From NCBI GenBank assembly GCA_052390235.1, contig JBQTHB010000002.1:352001-416000 (forward strand): a DNA stretch of 64,000 bases, in the 5' to 3' direction. Position 1 is the first letter of the stretch; the number at the start of each line of letters is the position of its first letter. Below the pieces are notes generated by a model that was given only the letters and a program-made list of their open reading frames with translations, was not told where the DNA came from and did no database searches. This document shows positions 19,101 through 29,580 of the stretch, in pieces. The stretch comes from Deltaproteobacteria bacterium. Its GTDB lineage: Bacteria > Desulfobacterota_D > UBA1144 > Nemesobacterales > CSP1-2. Both the position numbers and the translations under genes were made by a program.

Positions 19101-20798
19101 ATGCAAACACAGACAGTAAACAAATTAATTCTTGGTGACAATCTTGAAACATTAAAACAACTGGACAGCGACACAGTTGACTTAATTTATCTTGACCCTC
19201 CATTTTTCAGCAACCGCAACTATGAAATTATTTGGGGTGACGAAGGTGAAGTCCGCAGTTTTCAAGACCGTTGGAGTGGAGGCATGGACCACTACATTGG
19301 TTGGCTCAAAGAACGAGTTGAGCAAATGCACCGAGTTCTAAAATCAACTGGAACAATTTTTCTGCATTGCGACTGGCATGCAAACGCATACATCAGAACA
19401 GAAATTCTTGATAAAATTTTTGGAATGCAAAATTTTAGAAATGAAATTGTATGGAAGAGAGCTGAAACTGTAAAAGGAAACTTCGGACAAGGAAAAAAAT
19501 CTCTTGACTATAACACAGACACAATTTTCTTTTATTCAAAATCACATACATCAATTTTTGTTCAACCCTTTAAAAAATATGAAGAAGAATATTTAGATGC
19601 GTTTTACAAGTATGAAGAACCAGACGGTAGAAAATATAGATTGATCAGTATGATTGGTCCTGGAGGTGAATCAAAAGGAAATCCAAAATATGAATTTATG
19701 GGAGTTACAAAGTTTTGGCGTTACTCAAAAATCAAAATGCAAGAACTTTTCGAACAGGGAATGATTGTTCAAACAAATCCTGGCACTGTTCCACAACGCA
19801 AGCAATATTTAGATGAAGGCATAGGAGTAGCAGTTCAAAATTTATGGGACGACATTTTTGCTTTAGGTGCTTCATCAAAAGAGGCAATCGGCTACCCCAC
19901 GCAAAAACCCGAAGCACTTTTAGAAAGAATTATTAAAATGGCAACTAACGAAAACGATTTAGTTCTTGACCTTTTTGTTGGTGGTGGGACAACGGTAGCC
20001 GTTGCTGACAAACTTCAACGCAGATGGATTGGCATTGACCAATCAGTGCAAGCTGTAAAGGTTACAGAGTTCCGCTTGAACAATCAGCAAGATTTATTCA
20101 GCAAACCTTTTATTGTTCAACTTCACAAATACGACTACGACACACTTCGTTACAAAGATGCTTTTGAATTTGAGAGTTGGATAGTTCAACAATATGGCGG
20201 CACATCAAACACAAAACAACGCAACGACTTTGGCTTAGACGGTAAGACAAACGACAACACACCAATACAAGTAAAGAGAAGTGACGGCATTGGAAGAAAT
20301 GTGATTGACAATTTTCTTTCAGCCGTTCAGCGGAGCGACAAAAAACTTTTTGAAAAAAATAAAGCAGGAATGAAGCCTTGCGGCTTCATCATTGCTTTTT
20401 CTTTCGGTAAAGGTGCGGTTGAGGAAGTTGCCCGACTTAAAAACAAAGACGGCATTATTATAAAACTTATTGAAGTTGCCGACATCGTTCCGATTGCAAA
20501 AAAGCCGACAATAAAAGTGGATGTTCAGGAAGCAGGTAGGGACAAAAAGAAAATTAGAGAAATAGAATTTGTTGCAGTTGGTGAGAGCGCCGCAGGCATT
20601 GAGTTTTACGCTTGGGACTTTGATTATAAAGCAGACACAGGTTTTAAACCAACTGTGATCATTGACAAGCAAGGCAAGCAAACTCATAAGTTCAAGCCAG
20701 GACTTCACAACATCGCAGTTAAAGTCGTGGACAATGACGGACTTGATAATATTGAAATCATTAAATTAAAAGTGAACGGAACAATTGAAAGGAGTTAG
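19101..20798 (+). CDS. N4/N6 DNA methyltransferase fused to Mrr-like endonuclease and PKD-like domain
   Basis: DPPF catalytic motif, YPTQKPE, DLFVGGGTT SAM motif; FEFESW...DFGLDG...IQVK nuclease motif; YAWDFD...VKVVDNDG tail; visibly AT-rich. Confidence 0.88.
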   Translation: MQTQTVNKLILGDNLETLKQLDSDTVDLIYLDPPFFSNRNYEIIWGDEGEVRSFQDRWSGGMDHYIGWLKERVEQMHRVLKSTGTIFLHCDWHANAYIRTEILDKIFGMQNFRNEIVWKRAETVKGNFGQGKKSLDYNTDTIFFYSKSHTSIFVQPFKKYEEEYLDAFYKYEEPDGRKYRLISMIGPGGESKGNPKYEFMGVTKFWRYSKIKMQELFEQGMIVQTNPGTVPQRKQYLDEGIGVAVQNLWDDIFALGASSKEAIGYPTQKPEALLERIIKMATNENDLVLDLFVGGGTTVAVADKLQRRWIGIDQSVQAVKVTEFRLNNQQDLFSKPFIVQLHKYDYDTLRYKDAFEFESWIVQQYGGTSNTKQRNDFGLDGKTNDNTPIQVKRSDGIGRNVIDNFLSAVQRSDKKLFEKNKAGMKPCGFIIAFSFGKGAVEEVARLKNKDGIIIKLIEVADIVPIAKKPTIKVDVQEAGRDKKKIREIEFVAVGESAAGIEFYAWDFDYKADTGFKPTVIIDKQGKQTHKFKPGLHNIAVKVVDNDGLDNIEIIKLKVNGTIERS

Positions 20799-20914
20799 TC
20801 GCTTTTATTTACCTTCGTGCTAACATGGAACGACACACTTTCACAGAGAGAAGTAGCCCAGCCGTAAGCCCCGGCTCGTTAATCGTTATGGCAACCATGA
20901 GCCTTTCAGGGATT

Positions 20915-21202
20915 CTACAAAGCGGGGAAGCTGATTACTCTCCTCTGCGCCAGCACGTCGCCATCTGTAATCAGGGTTGTTTTAATCGGTAAGTCGGCTC
21001 TCGAGAGTACCTTGGCAAGCGCTTTAGCCTGCAGGCTATCCACGGCTAGGGTCTTCTGCACGTACCATCCAATGCCCTCGCCGAAGCTCAGGAGGCGTAT
21101 CTCGTAACCCGCTCCGGCTTCGTTTTCAACCGCTACAACCTCGATGATTTCATCTCTTTGCTCTGCGCGGATGCTTCCAACTAAGGCTTGGTTTCCAATC
21201 AT
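20915..21202 (-). CDS. Hypothetical protein (GEGIGWY motif)
   Basis: 95 aa ORF with GAGGG SD-like sequence upstream, in otherwise non-coding gap. Confidence 0.6.
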   Translation of the reverse strand: MIGNQALVGSIRAEQRDEIIEVVAVENEAGAGYEIRLLSFGEGIGWYVQKTLAVDSLQAKALAKVLSRADLPIKTTLITDGDVLAQRRVISFPAL

Positions 21203-21361
21203 GATTCCCTCTTGTTCCTCGTAAGCGAGTCTAATCTATCGGATTATTGAAACCCAATGTCAATTTCACCATACAGCCGCTAGTTTGTCAATATGGATAT
21301 CAAATGTCCAGATAAAATAGCAGGGATTTGAAAAATGGCAACTTCAGATTAGTATTTAAGA

Positions 21362-22453
21362 ATGAAACCTTACGCCCTAATCCTTGCCGGCGGCGAGGGG
21401 AAGAGGTTTTGGCCCCTGAGCAGAAAATCAAAGCCGAAACAGTTTCTGACCCTCTTCGGCGGAAAATCTCTCATCAGCCACACGGTTGAAAGAATCCTCC
21501 CCGTCGTGCCTATTGAAAACATATTCGTCGTAACCCTTGATAGGTACGCCGAACAGACCCTTGCGCACCTCCCCAAGCTCCCTCCCGCCAATCTCGTGCT
21601 TGAGCCTGCGGGCAGGAACACCGCTCCGGCTATTGCCGTGGGGACGCTTAAAATCAGAAACATCGAGCCGGACGCGGTTACGATAGTTCTCCCCGCAGAC
21701 CACGCCATCGGCGATGAAGATGGGTACAGGCGCGCTATTGTCTATGCCGCCAAAGTCGCCTCCGAGGGGGTTGCAGGCTCCGCACCGCCGCTCGTAACTC
21801 TGGGGGTTCAGCCCTTGAGACCCGAAACCGGATATGGATACATAAAGAGTGGGAGAGTATTGTATGGGCGCGGTAAATATCAGGTTCGAGAGGTTCTTGA
21901 GTTTACCGAGAAGCCCGATATTAAGACCGCGTCGGATTTTCTCAGGCAGGGTGGGTATTACTGGAACAGCGGGATTTTCATCTGGCGCGCTGATGTAATT
22001 CTCCAAGCTTTTGCCGCGCTTGCCCCCGGCTGGTCTCAACCGCTTGATTCTGTAGCGGGGGATTTAAATTCGGGGCGCGAGGGCGGGGCGCTTGCCGATT
22101 TCTACAGGGGCGTAGAATCCGCGCCAATTGATAAGTTGATTCTCGAGCGCTGGGGGAATACGACTGTGATACCGGTGGATTTTCAGTGGAGCGATATTGG
22201 AAGCTGGGAGTCGCTCGATGAATTCCTCAGGGAGAGGGGGGGAGAGGGGAACGTGTGCTTCGGCGATGTTGCGGCGGTGCAGTCATCGGGGTGTCTAGTG
22301 CTTGGAGACGGCAGGAGGGTTATTGCAATGGTCGGCGTGCAGGATTTAGTGGTGGTAGAGGCTGAGGACGCGATTCTAATACTCGATAAGAGGCGGTCTC
22401 AGGATATTAGAAAGTTAGTTGAAGAGCTTGAGAAGGGGAATAAATACACCTGA
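21362..22453 (+). CDS. manC: Mannose-1-phosphate guanylyltransferase
   Basis: LAGGEGKRFWPLSR...PKQF, EPAGRNTAPA, PETGYGYI, FTEKP, WSDIGSW. Confidence 0.93.
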   Translation: MKPYALILAGGEGKRFWPLSRKSKPKQFLTLFGGKSLISHTVERILPVVPIENIFVVTLDRYAEQTLAHLPKLPPANLVLEPAGRNTAPAIAVGTLKIRNIEPDAVTIVLPADHAIGDEDGYRRAIVYAAKVASEGVAGSAPPLVTLGVQPLRPETGYGYIKSGRVLYGRGKYQVREVLEFTEKPDIKTASDFLRQGGYYWNSGIFIWRADVILQAFAALAPGWSQPLDSVAGDLNSGREGGALADFYRGVESAPIDKLILERWGNTTVIPVDFQWSDIGSWESLDEFLRERGGEGNVCFGDVAAVQSSGCLVLGDGRRVIAMVGVQDLVVVEAEDAILILDKRRSQDIRKLVEELEKGNKYT

Positions 22454-22486
22454 TTTTGCAAAATTTTGGGGTTCGGTGCGCTCAAA

Positions 22487-23101
22487 TTGCAGAATATAAG
22501 AGAAGGGATTTTATTTGTAATTTCTGGGCCCTCAGGGAGCGGAAAGACTACTCTGGCAAAACAGGTTGTCCCGAAGCTTGGGAATCTTAAATTCTCCGTG
22601 TCCTGCACGACGAGACCCCCTAGGGCGGGCGAGATTGATGGGGTTGACTACAGATTCGTCTCCGAGGGCGAATTTGATTCGATGGCGCAAAACGGGGAAT
22701 TTGCCGAGTGGGCTTACGTCCATGGGAACCGCTACGGCACGCCCCTTGAAGAGCTTCGCAAATCCGTGTCTCTTGGGGTTGACCTCGCGCTTGACATTGA
22801 CGCGCAGGGGGCCAAAGCTCTGCGCGACAGGTTCACAGGGGGCGTATATATATTTATTAGTCCGCCCACGATGACCGTGCTTGAAGAGAGGCTCACATCG
22901 AGGAAAACAGACTCGCCTCTGGTGATAATCCAGAGGTTAGAGAACGCAAAGAGGGAGATGCGAGAGGTGAAATTCTATGATTATATTATAATTAATGACG
23001 CCCTCGGCGAGGCGCTTGCCGACCTTGAGTCCGTGATTCGCGCTAAGAGGTGCAGAACACACAGGGTCATAAAACGCCTCACCGAAGGCTTTTGGAAATA
23101 A
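22487..23101 (+). CDS. gmk: Guanylate kinase (start codon uncertain)
   Basis: GPSGSGKTT, SCTTRPPR-x-GEIDG-x-DY, YGT, DIDAQG. Confidence 0.95.
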   Translation: MQNIREGILFVISGPSGSGKTTLAKQVVPKLGNLKFSVSCTTRPPRAGEIDGVDYRFVSEGEFDSMAQNGEFAEWAYVHGNRYGTPLEELRKSVSLGVDLALDIDAQGAKALRDRFTGGVYIFISPPTMTVLEERLTSRKTDSPLVIIQRLENAKREMREVKFYDYIIINDALGEALADLESVIRAKRCRTHRVIKRLTEGFWK

Positions 23102-23106
23102 CCACA

Positions 23107-25272
23107 ATGCTGAGACTCAACGATATTGTCGAAAAAGTAACGTCTTATCTGTATCTGCCGGAGTCCGACGTTGAAACCATCAAACGCGCCTACGTCTATT
23201 CGGCAATGGTTCACGCTGACCAAAAGAGAAGCTCAGGAGAGCCGTACCTAAGCCACCCGCTTGAGGTCTGCGGCATTCTCGCGGATTTAAAGCTCGATGT
23301 GCCGTCCATTGTAACCGGACTCCTCCACGACACAGTGGAAGACACGCTGGCAACTATGTCGGAAATTGAGTCCATGTTTGGCAGGGAAGTATCCGCCCTA
23401 GTTGATGGGGTTACCAAGATAAGCCAGCTCCCCTTTTCAACGAAATTAGACGAACAGGCTGAAAATTTCAGGAAATTAATCCTCGCCACCGCCAGAGACA
23501 TCCGCGTTATATTGGTGAAACTCGCCGACAGGCTTCACAACATGCGCACCCTCGAATCCCTCAGCGCCGAGCGGCAGAAGAGAATCTCCAAGGAGACCTC
23601 TGAGATATTCGCCCCGCTTGCCTACAGGCTTGGGATTTACTGGATGGGGACGGAGCTAGAGGACTTATCGTTTCGGTATCTGAACCCAGAGGAGTATTCG
23701 AGGATTTTAAAGCTCGTCGCCAAGCGCAAAAAAGAGTGGGAGAAGTACGTCGAGGAGGTCAGGGGGATACTCCGCGCAAAGCTCGCCGAATTCAGCATAA
23801 ATGCGGACATCACTGGCAGGCTCAAGCACATCTACGGGATTTACAGCAAGATGCAGTCGCAAAACATCGAATTTGACAAGGTCTATGACGTTACCGCTTT
23901 TCGCATTATCACCCCGTCGCTCAAGGAATGTTACGAGGCTCTCGGAGCTGTTCACTCGAGCTGGAAGCCCGTTCCCGGCAGGTTTAAAGACTATATTGCT
24001 CTTCCCAAGGGTAACGGCTATCAGTCCCTCCACACGACGGTTATTGGTCCCTTTAACCAGAGGATGGAGGTGCAAATCCGCACCAATAAAATGCACGAGG
24101 TTGCCGAGTATGGGGTTGCTGCGCATTGGAAGTATAAGCACTCGGACAGCGACAACGGCGATAATTACAAAATTTATGCCACGCTCAGACAGCTACTTGA
24201 GTGGAAGGACATAAAAGACCCCACGGACTTTCTCGATGCCATCAAAGGGGAACTCATCGAGAACTCGGTCTATGTGTTTACCCCGAATGCGGATTTAAAA
24301 GAGATGCCGGCAGGTTCTACGCCTGTGGATTTCGCCTATGCCGTTCACACCGAGGTGGGAAACCACTGCGCCAGGGCGACGGTCAATGACAAAATCGTGC
24401 CGCTCGACCATAAACTAAGGAGCGGGGATACAGTAAAAATCACCACATTAGCCGATAAGAACCCAAGCCGTGATTGGCTCAAATTCACAGTCTCATCGCG
24501 CGCCAAGGCTAAGATCCGAGCCTGGTTCAGGGGCGAGGAAATCACTCAATCAAAACTCATAGGGAAGTCAATTTGCGAGAGAAAATTCAAGCAAAGCGGG
24601 CTTGATTTTCCGGCTATGCTCAGGTCAGGAGACCTTGACGCCCCTCTTGCCCAGCTCAAGGTCAAAGACGCAGATGAGTTTTATCTCAGCGTAGGATACG
24701 GAAAACTCTCAGTCGCCGATTTGCTCAAGCTCGTCCTCTCAAAGGAGAAAATCGAGCCGACTCCTGAGAAGCAGTCCCGCATTCAGAGGATCATTAAAAA
24801 CCTGACCCGCTCTACCAAAAACGGCGTTTTGGTCAAAGGCTCAGGCGATGTGCTGATTCGCTTTGCCCACTGCTGCTCCCCAATTCCCGGAGAGGATATT
24901 CTCGGATACATCACGCGCGGCAGGGGCGTAACCATACACAAGCACAACTGCCAGGAAGTGCTGAGCATTGACCCGGAGCGCAGAATTGAAGCCGTATGGG
25001 ACAGGGATTTCAAGGGACAGCGGCCGGCAAAAATCATCGTCGTCTGCAATGACCGCCCCGGAATGCTCTCGAGCATCACCAAATCAATAGCCTCGTCCGA
25101 GGTCAATATCACTAAGGCTGAGGTTCACTCGACGGACGTTGAGAGGTCTATTGGCACGTTTGAGATTTCCGTGTCCGACTTAGGACAGCTCGAGGGGATA
25201 ATGAACTCGATTAAGCGCGTAAAGGGCGTTATCTCGGTAGAGAGGATTCTCGCTGGAGAATCGGCAGACTGA
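23107..25272 (+). CDS. spoT: Bifunctional (p)ppGpp synthetase/hydrolase (RelA/SpoT)
   Basis: HD motif (LLHDTVED), KLADRLHNMRT, RFKDY, YQSLHT, TGS and ACT domains. Confidence 0.95.
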   Translation: MLRLNDIVEKVTSYLYLPESDVETIKRAYVYSAMVHADQKRSSGEPYLSHPLEVCGILADLKLDVPSIVTGLLHDTVEDTLATMSEIESMFGREVSALVDGVTKISQLPFSTKLDEQAENFRKLILATARDIRVILVKLADRLHNMRTLESLSAERQKRISKETSEIFAPLAYRLGIYWMGTELEDLSFRYLNPEEYSRILKLVAKRKKEWEKYVEEVRGILRAKLAEFSINADITGRLKHIYGIYSKMQSQNIEFDKVYDVTAFRIITPSLKECYEALGAVHSSWKPVPGRFKDYIALPKGNGYQSLHTTVIGPFNQRMEVQIRTNKMHEVAEYGVAAHWKYKHSDSDNGDNYKIYATLRQLLEWKDIKDPTDFLDAIKGELIENSVYVFTPNADLKEMPAGSTPVDFAYAVHTEVGNHCARATVNDKIVPLDHKLRSGDTVKITTLADKNPSRDWLKFTVSSRAKAKIRAWFRGEEITQSKLIGKSICERKFKQSGLDFPAMLRSGDLDAPLAQLKVKDADEFYLSVGYGKLSVADLLKLVLSKEKIEPTPEKQSRIQRIIKNLTRSTKNGVLVKGSGDVLIRFAHCCSPIPGEDILGYITRGRGVTIHKHNCQEVLSIDPERRIEAVWDRDFKGQRPAKIIVVCNDRPGMLSSITKSIASSEVNITKAEVHSTDVERSIGTFEISVSDLGQLEGIMNSIKRVKGVISVERILAGESAD

Positions 25273-25451
25273 TACTCTGGATTATCCCCAGCCCCCGCTC
25301 CTAGAGCCAGATGCCTAAGGGCTTCAGCCCGAACTAATGTCAAGCGGGGACGCCCAAATCCCCTCGAAAACTGCGGAAATAATACCTCTCTGCTGAATCC
25401 TAGAGGCTCAATTGAAACAGCCCCGAGAGCCGTATATACTCAAGTCCCAAG

Positions 25452-26393
25452 ATGATAGAGCAATATTTCTCAAGCAATAAGAAAAAAACCCAAGAACTAA
25501 TAGCCCAAGCCAGATATGCCCTCAAGGGGGCTGGCTCGACACTGGAGCCTCAAACCGAGGATCTCATTAAAGCCAGAATCCGCGAAGCCGAAGAAGCCCT
25601 AGCCAACGCCAACGCCAAATATCTGTCGGCGAAATCCTCGGAACTCGAAACGGTGGTAAATGAGCATCTCGCGCGTTTCCTCAAGCCCGTAAAATCCAAG
25701 CTGAGGCAGAACGTTGAGTCCTTCGCCGTGGCGATACTGCTTGCCCTTTTTATTCGTGAATTTATCGTTCAGCCCTTTAAAATCCCCTCTGGCTCGATGA
25801 TTCCCACGCTTCTCGTAGGCGATCATCTCCTCGTAACTAAATTCTCTTATGGCACGAAACTCCCGTTTACGGATATGCAAATTCTCCCGGCTACGGGCGA
25901 GATGAAGCGCGGAGACGTTGTCGTGTTTGTCTATCCGAATTACGAAAAAGAGCCTTCGAGAGAGGGGATTTACTACATAAAGCGCATCGTTGGGCTTCCC
26001 GGAGATGGGATTAATATAGACGGCAGGCGGCTTCTTATAAACGGCAGGGCGATTCCCTTTGAATTCGAGGGCAACTACACTGACGACAGAACAGGCGAGA
26101 GCTACGACGAGTACGATGAGAACCTCGCCGGGAAGCATCATAATGCCATTTACCGCAGAGGCAAAGAGGACACCGAGAGGGGAAGCTACATCCCTCTTGA
26201 GAGAGTGCCGGAGGGGTCGGTGTTCGTAATGGGCGACAACCGCGACAATAGCCAAGACAGCCGATTCTGGGGATTCGTCCCGATAGAGAACATAGCGGGC
26301 AAGGCGTTTATCGTGCATTGGTCGTGGAATCTCGACAACGGCAGTATCGCTAATAAAGTCAGGTGGGACAGGATTCTGTCGCTAATTAAGTAA
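25452..26393 (+). CDS. lepB: Signal peptidase I with N-terminal helical extension
   Basis: IPSGSMIPTL, YIKRIVGLPGD, GDNRDNSQDSRFWG. Confidence 0.94.
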   Translation: MIEQYFSSNKKKTQELIAQARYALKGAGSTLEPQTEDLIKARIREAEEALANANAKYLSAKSSELETVVNEHLARFLKPVKSKLRQNVESFAVAILLALFIREFIVQPFKIPSGSMIPTLLVGDHLLVTKFSYGTKLPFTDMQILPATGEMKRGDVVVFVYPNYEKEPSREGIYYIKRIVGLPGDGINIDGRRLLINGRAIPFEFEGNYTDDRTGESYDEYDENLAGKHHNAIYRRGKEDTERGSYIPLERVPEGSVFVMGDNRDNSQDSRFWGFVPIENIAGKAFIVHWSWNLDNGSIANKVRWDRILSLIK

Positions 26394-26414
26394 TTACATA
26401 GAGGAGGTGAGGGG

Positions 26415-26762
26415 ATGGGCTTCAAGTCTCTGTTGTGGATATTAGTTCTAGCCGCCGCTCTTTACGTCGCTTTTCAGGCGGGCCCAATACTCTATAAAGG
26501 CACTCTGGGCATCAGAGGGGTGTGCAAGGAATACGCCGACCAGTACAAAAAATACGGCAGGGAGTATATTTATAAGCGCATTACCGAGAGCCTAGATGAA
26601 AAGGGAATTCCGGCTGACAACAGGGATTTCACCGTCAACATAACCGAAAAAAGCGTCGTTATCGAGATATTCTACAGCGATACGGCAGACTTTTTCGGCA
26701 GATACGAGAAGACCTTCGACTTCAGCTACGAGTGCGAGGGAGAGCTAAAGAGCGTCTATTAA
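26415..26762 (+). CDS. Membrane-anchored hypothetical protein (DUF4845-like)
   Basis: N-terminal TM, GGAGGTG SD, position directly after lepB. Confidence 0.65.
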   Translation: MGFKSLLWILVLAAALYVAFQAGPILYKGTLGIRGVCKEYADQYKKYGREYIYKRITESLDEKGIPADNRDFTVNITEKSVVIEIFYSDTADFFGRYEKTFDFSYECEGELKSVY

Positions 26763-26789
26763 ACAGACAGAGCGGGGCTGAGAGAACAG

Positions 26790-27341
26790 ATGACCGATAA
26801 ACTCCTTATGGACCCAGAGACTATATCGCGCTCGATTTCGAGAATGGCAACCGAAATTCTGGAGCGAAACCGCGGCGCAGGCGAGCTTCTCGTCATAGGC
26901 GTGAGAACGCGCGGAATCCACATTGCCGAGAGAATAGTCAATAAAATCGCCGAGTTCGAGGGCGTAACCCCCCCGCTTGGAACGCTCGATATAACGCTCT
27001 ACAGAGACGATTTTAGGCGAAAATCCGACTGGCCGCAGGTGCAAAAAACCCATATTCCCTTCTCCGTCGAGGATAAATGCGTCATACTCGTTGACGACGT
27101 TCTCTACACCGGGCGCACCACTAGGGCGGCGATAGAGGTCATTATGGACTACGGCAGACCCTCCTCCATTCAGCTTGCGGTGCTTGTTGACCGCCGGGGA
27201 CACAGAGAACTTCCCATTCAAGCCGATTACGCTGGAAACAAGGCGGCGACAATAAAATCCGAGCAGGTGAGAGTGCTGCTTCGCGAGGCGGACGGCGAGG
27301 ACGGGGTTTATATTCAGGAAAATAAGGACGCTTTAAAATGA
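26790..27341 (+). CDS. pyrR: Pyrimidine regulatory protein / uracil phosphoribosyltransferase
   Basis: [29 protein letters not shown]. Confidence 0.95.
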   Translation: MTDKLLMDPETISRSISRMATEILERNRGAGELLVIGVRTRGIHIAERIVNKIAEFEGVTPPLGTLDITLYRDDFRRKSDWPQVQKTHIPFSVEDKCVILVDDVLYTGRTTRAAIEVIMDYGRPSSIQLAVLVDRRGHRELPIQADYAGNKAATIKSEQVRVLLREADGEDGVYIQENKDALK

Positions 27342-28264
27342 AATTTGCGAGAAGACACATACTTGGGCTTGAGGAACTCTCAGCCGAGGAGATAAATTTA
27401 ATCCTCGACACGGCAGAGTCCATGAAAGAGGTATCTAGCCGCGACGTTAAAAAAGTCCCCGCGCTCAAGGGGACGACGGTTGTGAACCTATTTTTTGAGC
27501 CAAGCACCAGGACTCGCTCCTCGTTTGAGATTGCCGAAAAGAGGCTGTCGGCCGACGTGCTTAATTTTAGCTCCGATTCGAGCAGCGTAAAAAAGGGAGA
27601 AACCCTTCTCGATACGGCGAGAAATCTCGAATCCATGGGGGCAAGCGTCATCGTGATAAGACACTCCATGTCCGGCGCGCCGTGGCTTTTGGCGAGGGAA
27701 CTTCGCTCGGCTGTGATAAACGCCGGGGACGGACTCCACGAGCATCCGAGCCAAGCCCTCCTAGACCTGTTCACTGTCAGGGCGATTAAGGGCACAATAG
27801 CGGGGCTTAGGATTGCCATCGTCGGTGATATTCTCAACAGCCGCGTGGCGAGGTCTAATATTTGGGGTTTTATGAAGCTCGGCGCAGAGGTAAGGCTAGT
27901 TGCTCCGCCTACGATGATCCCCACGGGGATTGAAAAGCTCGATGTAAAAATTTACCACGACCTCAAAGAAGCGATACGCGAAGCAGATGTCGTGATGATG
28001 CTCCGCATTCAGTTGGAGAGAGCTGAAGCCGGGCTTTTCCCATCCCTCAGGGAATATGCGCGCTTCTACGGGCTTAGCCAAAAGAGGCTTCGTCTCGCCA
28101 AGGAGGACGCAATTCTCATGCACCCAGGGCCCATAAACCGGGGCGTAGAGCTGTCTTCCGAGGTCGCCGATGCGCCTCAGTCCGTAATACTCGACCAGGT
28201 GTCAAACGGAATAGCCGTCAGAATGGCAATGCTCTATCTTGTCGCATCGGGAGGAAACGCATGA
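27338..28264 (+). CDS. pyrB: Aspartate carbamoyltransferase catalytic subunit
   Basis: [24 protein letters not shown]. Confidence 0.97.
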   Translation: MKFARRHILGLEELSAEEINLILDTAESMKEVSSRDVKKVPALKGTTVVNLFFEPSTRTRSSFEIAEKRLSADVLNFSSDSSSVKKGETLLDTARNLESMGASVIVIRHSMSGAPWLLARELRSAVINAGDGLHEHPSQALLDLFTVRAIKGTIAGLRIAIVGDILNSRVARSNIWGFMKLGAEVRLVAPPTMIPTGIEKLDVKIYHDLKEAIREADVVMMLRIQLERAEAGLFPSLREYARFYGLSQKRLRLAKEDAILMHPGPINRGVELSSEVADAPQSVILDQVSNGIAVRMAMLYLVASGGNA

Positions 28265-29547
28265 GGATTGTAATTAAGGGGGGCAGGGTAATTGACCCGT
28301 CCGAGAATAGGGACGAGATAGGCAATATCCTGATAGCCGATGGAAAAATCGAGGCTTATCCAGCCGATATAAGCGCTCTTGAGGCTGATGAAGGCATCCG
28401 CGTAATTGACGCGGCGGGCAAAATCGTCTCTCCGGGTTTTATTGACATCCATGTACACCTGCGCGAGCCGGGATTTGAACACAAAGAGACCATCCGCACC
28501 GGATGCGAGGCGGCGGCGGCGGGCGGGTTCACCTCCGTTGTTTGTATGCCGAACACAAACCCCGTAAACGACAACGCCTCCGTAACCGAATATATTCTCC
28601 TCAAGGCGCGCACCGAGGGGGTCGTAAACGTCTTTCCGATAGGGGCGATAACGAAGGGGCAGATGGGAGAATCGCTAGCCGAAATCGGGGAGATGTGGGA
28701 AGCGGGTTGCGTGGGCATATCCGACGACGGCAGGCCTGTGATGAATTCCAAAATCATGCGCCATGCCATGGAATACGTAAAAGCGTTCGGGATTCCAGTC
28801 ATATCCCACGCCGAGGATATTAATTTATCCTCTCACGGGGTGATGAACGAGGGGTTTACCTCAACCGTCTTGGGGCTACGCGGGATTCCCAACGCATCTG
28901 AGGACGTCATGGTCTCGCGCGATATTACGCTTGCCGAGCTTACGGACTCCCGCCTGCACATCTGCCACGTGTCCTCCGCCGGGGCTGTTAGGCTCATTGC
29001 CGACGCCAAGAGGCGAGGGGTGAAGGTTACCGCCGAGGCGACGCCCCATCATTTCACGCTGACGGATAGAGCCGTTTTAGGGTACGACACCAACGCCAAG
29101 ATGAACCCCCCCGTGCGAGGCTCTGAGGACGTTTTAGCCGTGAGGCAGGGGCTTTATGACGGCACAATTGACGTTATCGCCACAGACCACGCCCCGCACA
29201 CCGAGGACGAGAAGAAGGTGGAATTCGACATCGCCCCTTTTGGGATTACGGGGCTTGAGACGGCCCTTGCCCTCTCGCTTGGTCTAGTGAGAGAGGGGGT
29301 GTTGACTCTGCCGCAGATGGTTCGCAAATTGACCTCAGAGCCTGCGCGGATTATCAACGTCGGCGGAAGGGGAACGCTCAAAGTCGGCTCTCCTGCGGAC
29401 GTCGTGGTGTTTGACCCCGATATGCCGGTTGAGGTTGACCGCATGAGATTCCGCTCGAAGGGGAAAAACACCCCGTTTCACGGGTGGAAACTGTCGGGCG
29501 GGGTCGTCTGCACCATCGTCGCGGGGAAAATCGTGTTCACGACTTGA
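28261..29547 (+). CDS. pyrC: Dihydroorotase
   Basis: [26 protein letters not shown]. Confidence 0.96.
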   Translation: MRIVIKGGRVIDPSENRDEIGNILIADGKIEAYPADISALEADEGIRVIDAAGKIVSPGFIDIHVHLREPGFEHKETIRTGCEAAAAGGFTSVVCMPNTNPVNDNASVTEYILLKARTEGVVNVFPIGAITKGQMGESLAEIGEMWEAGCVGISDDGRPVMNSKIMRHAMEYVKAFGIPVISHAEDINLSSHGVMNEGFTSTVLGLRGIPNASEDVMVSRDITLAELTDSRLHICHVSSAGAVRLIADAKRRGVKVTAEATPHHFTLTDRAVLGYDTNAKMNPPVRGSEDVLAVRQGLYDGTIDVIATDHAPHTEDEKKVEFDIAPFGITGLETALALSLGLVREGVLTLPQMVRKLTSEPARIINVGGRGTLKVGSPADVVVFDPDMPVEVDRMRFRSKGKNTPFHGWKLSGGVVCTIVAGKIVFTT

Positions 29548-29580
29548 GCAGGCGTTAATCTACACATCGCAATTAATTTG

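Noticed and set aside
26762..26790. PyrR-type attenuator before pyrRBC
   Set aside because: The gap after the upstream gene is under 30 nt with no recognisable terminator/antiterminator.
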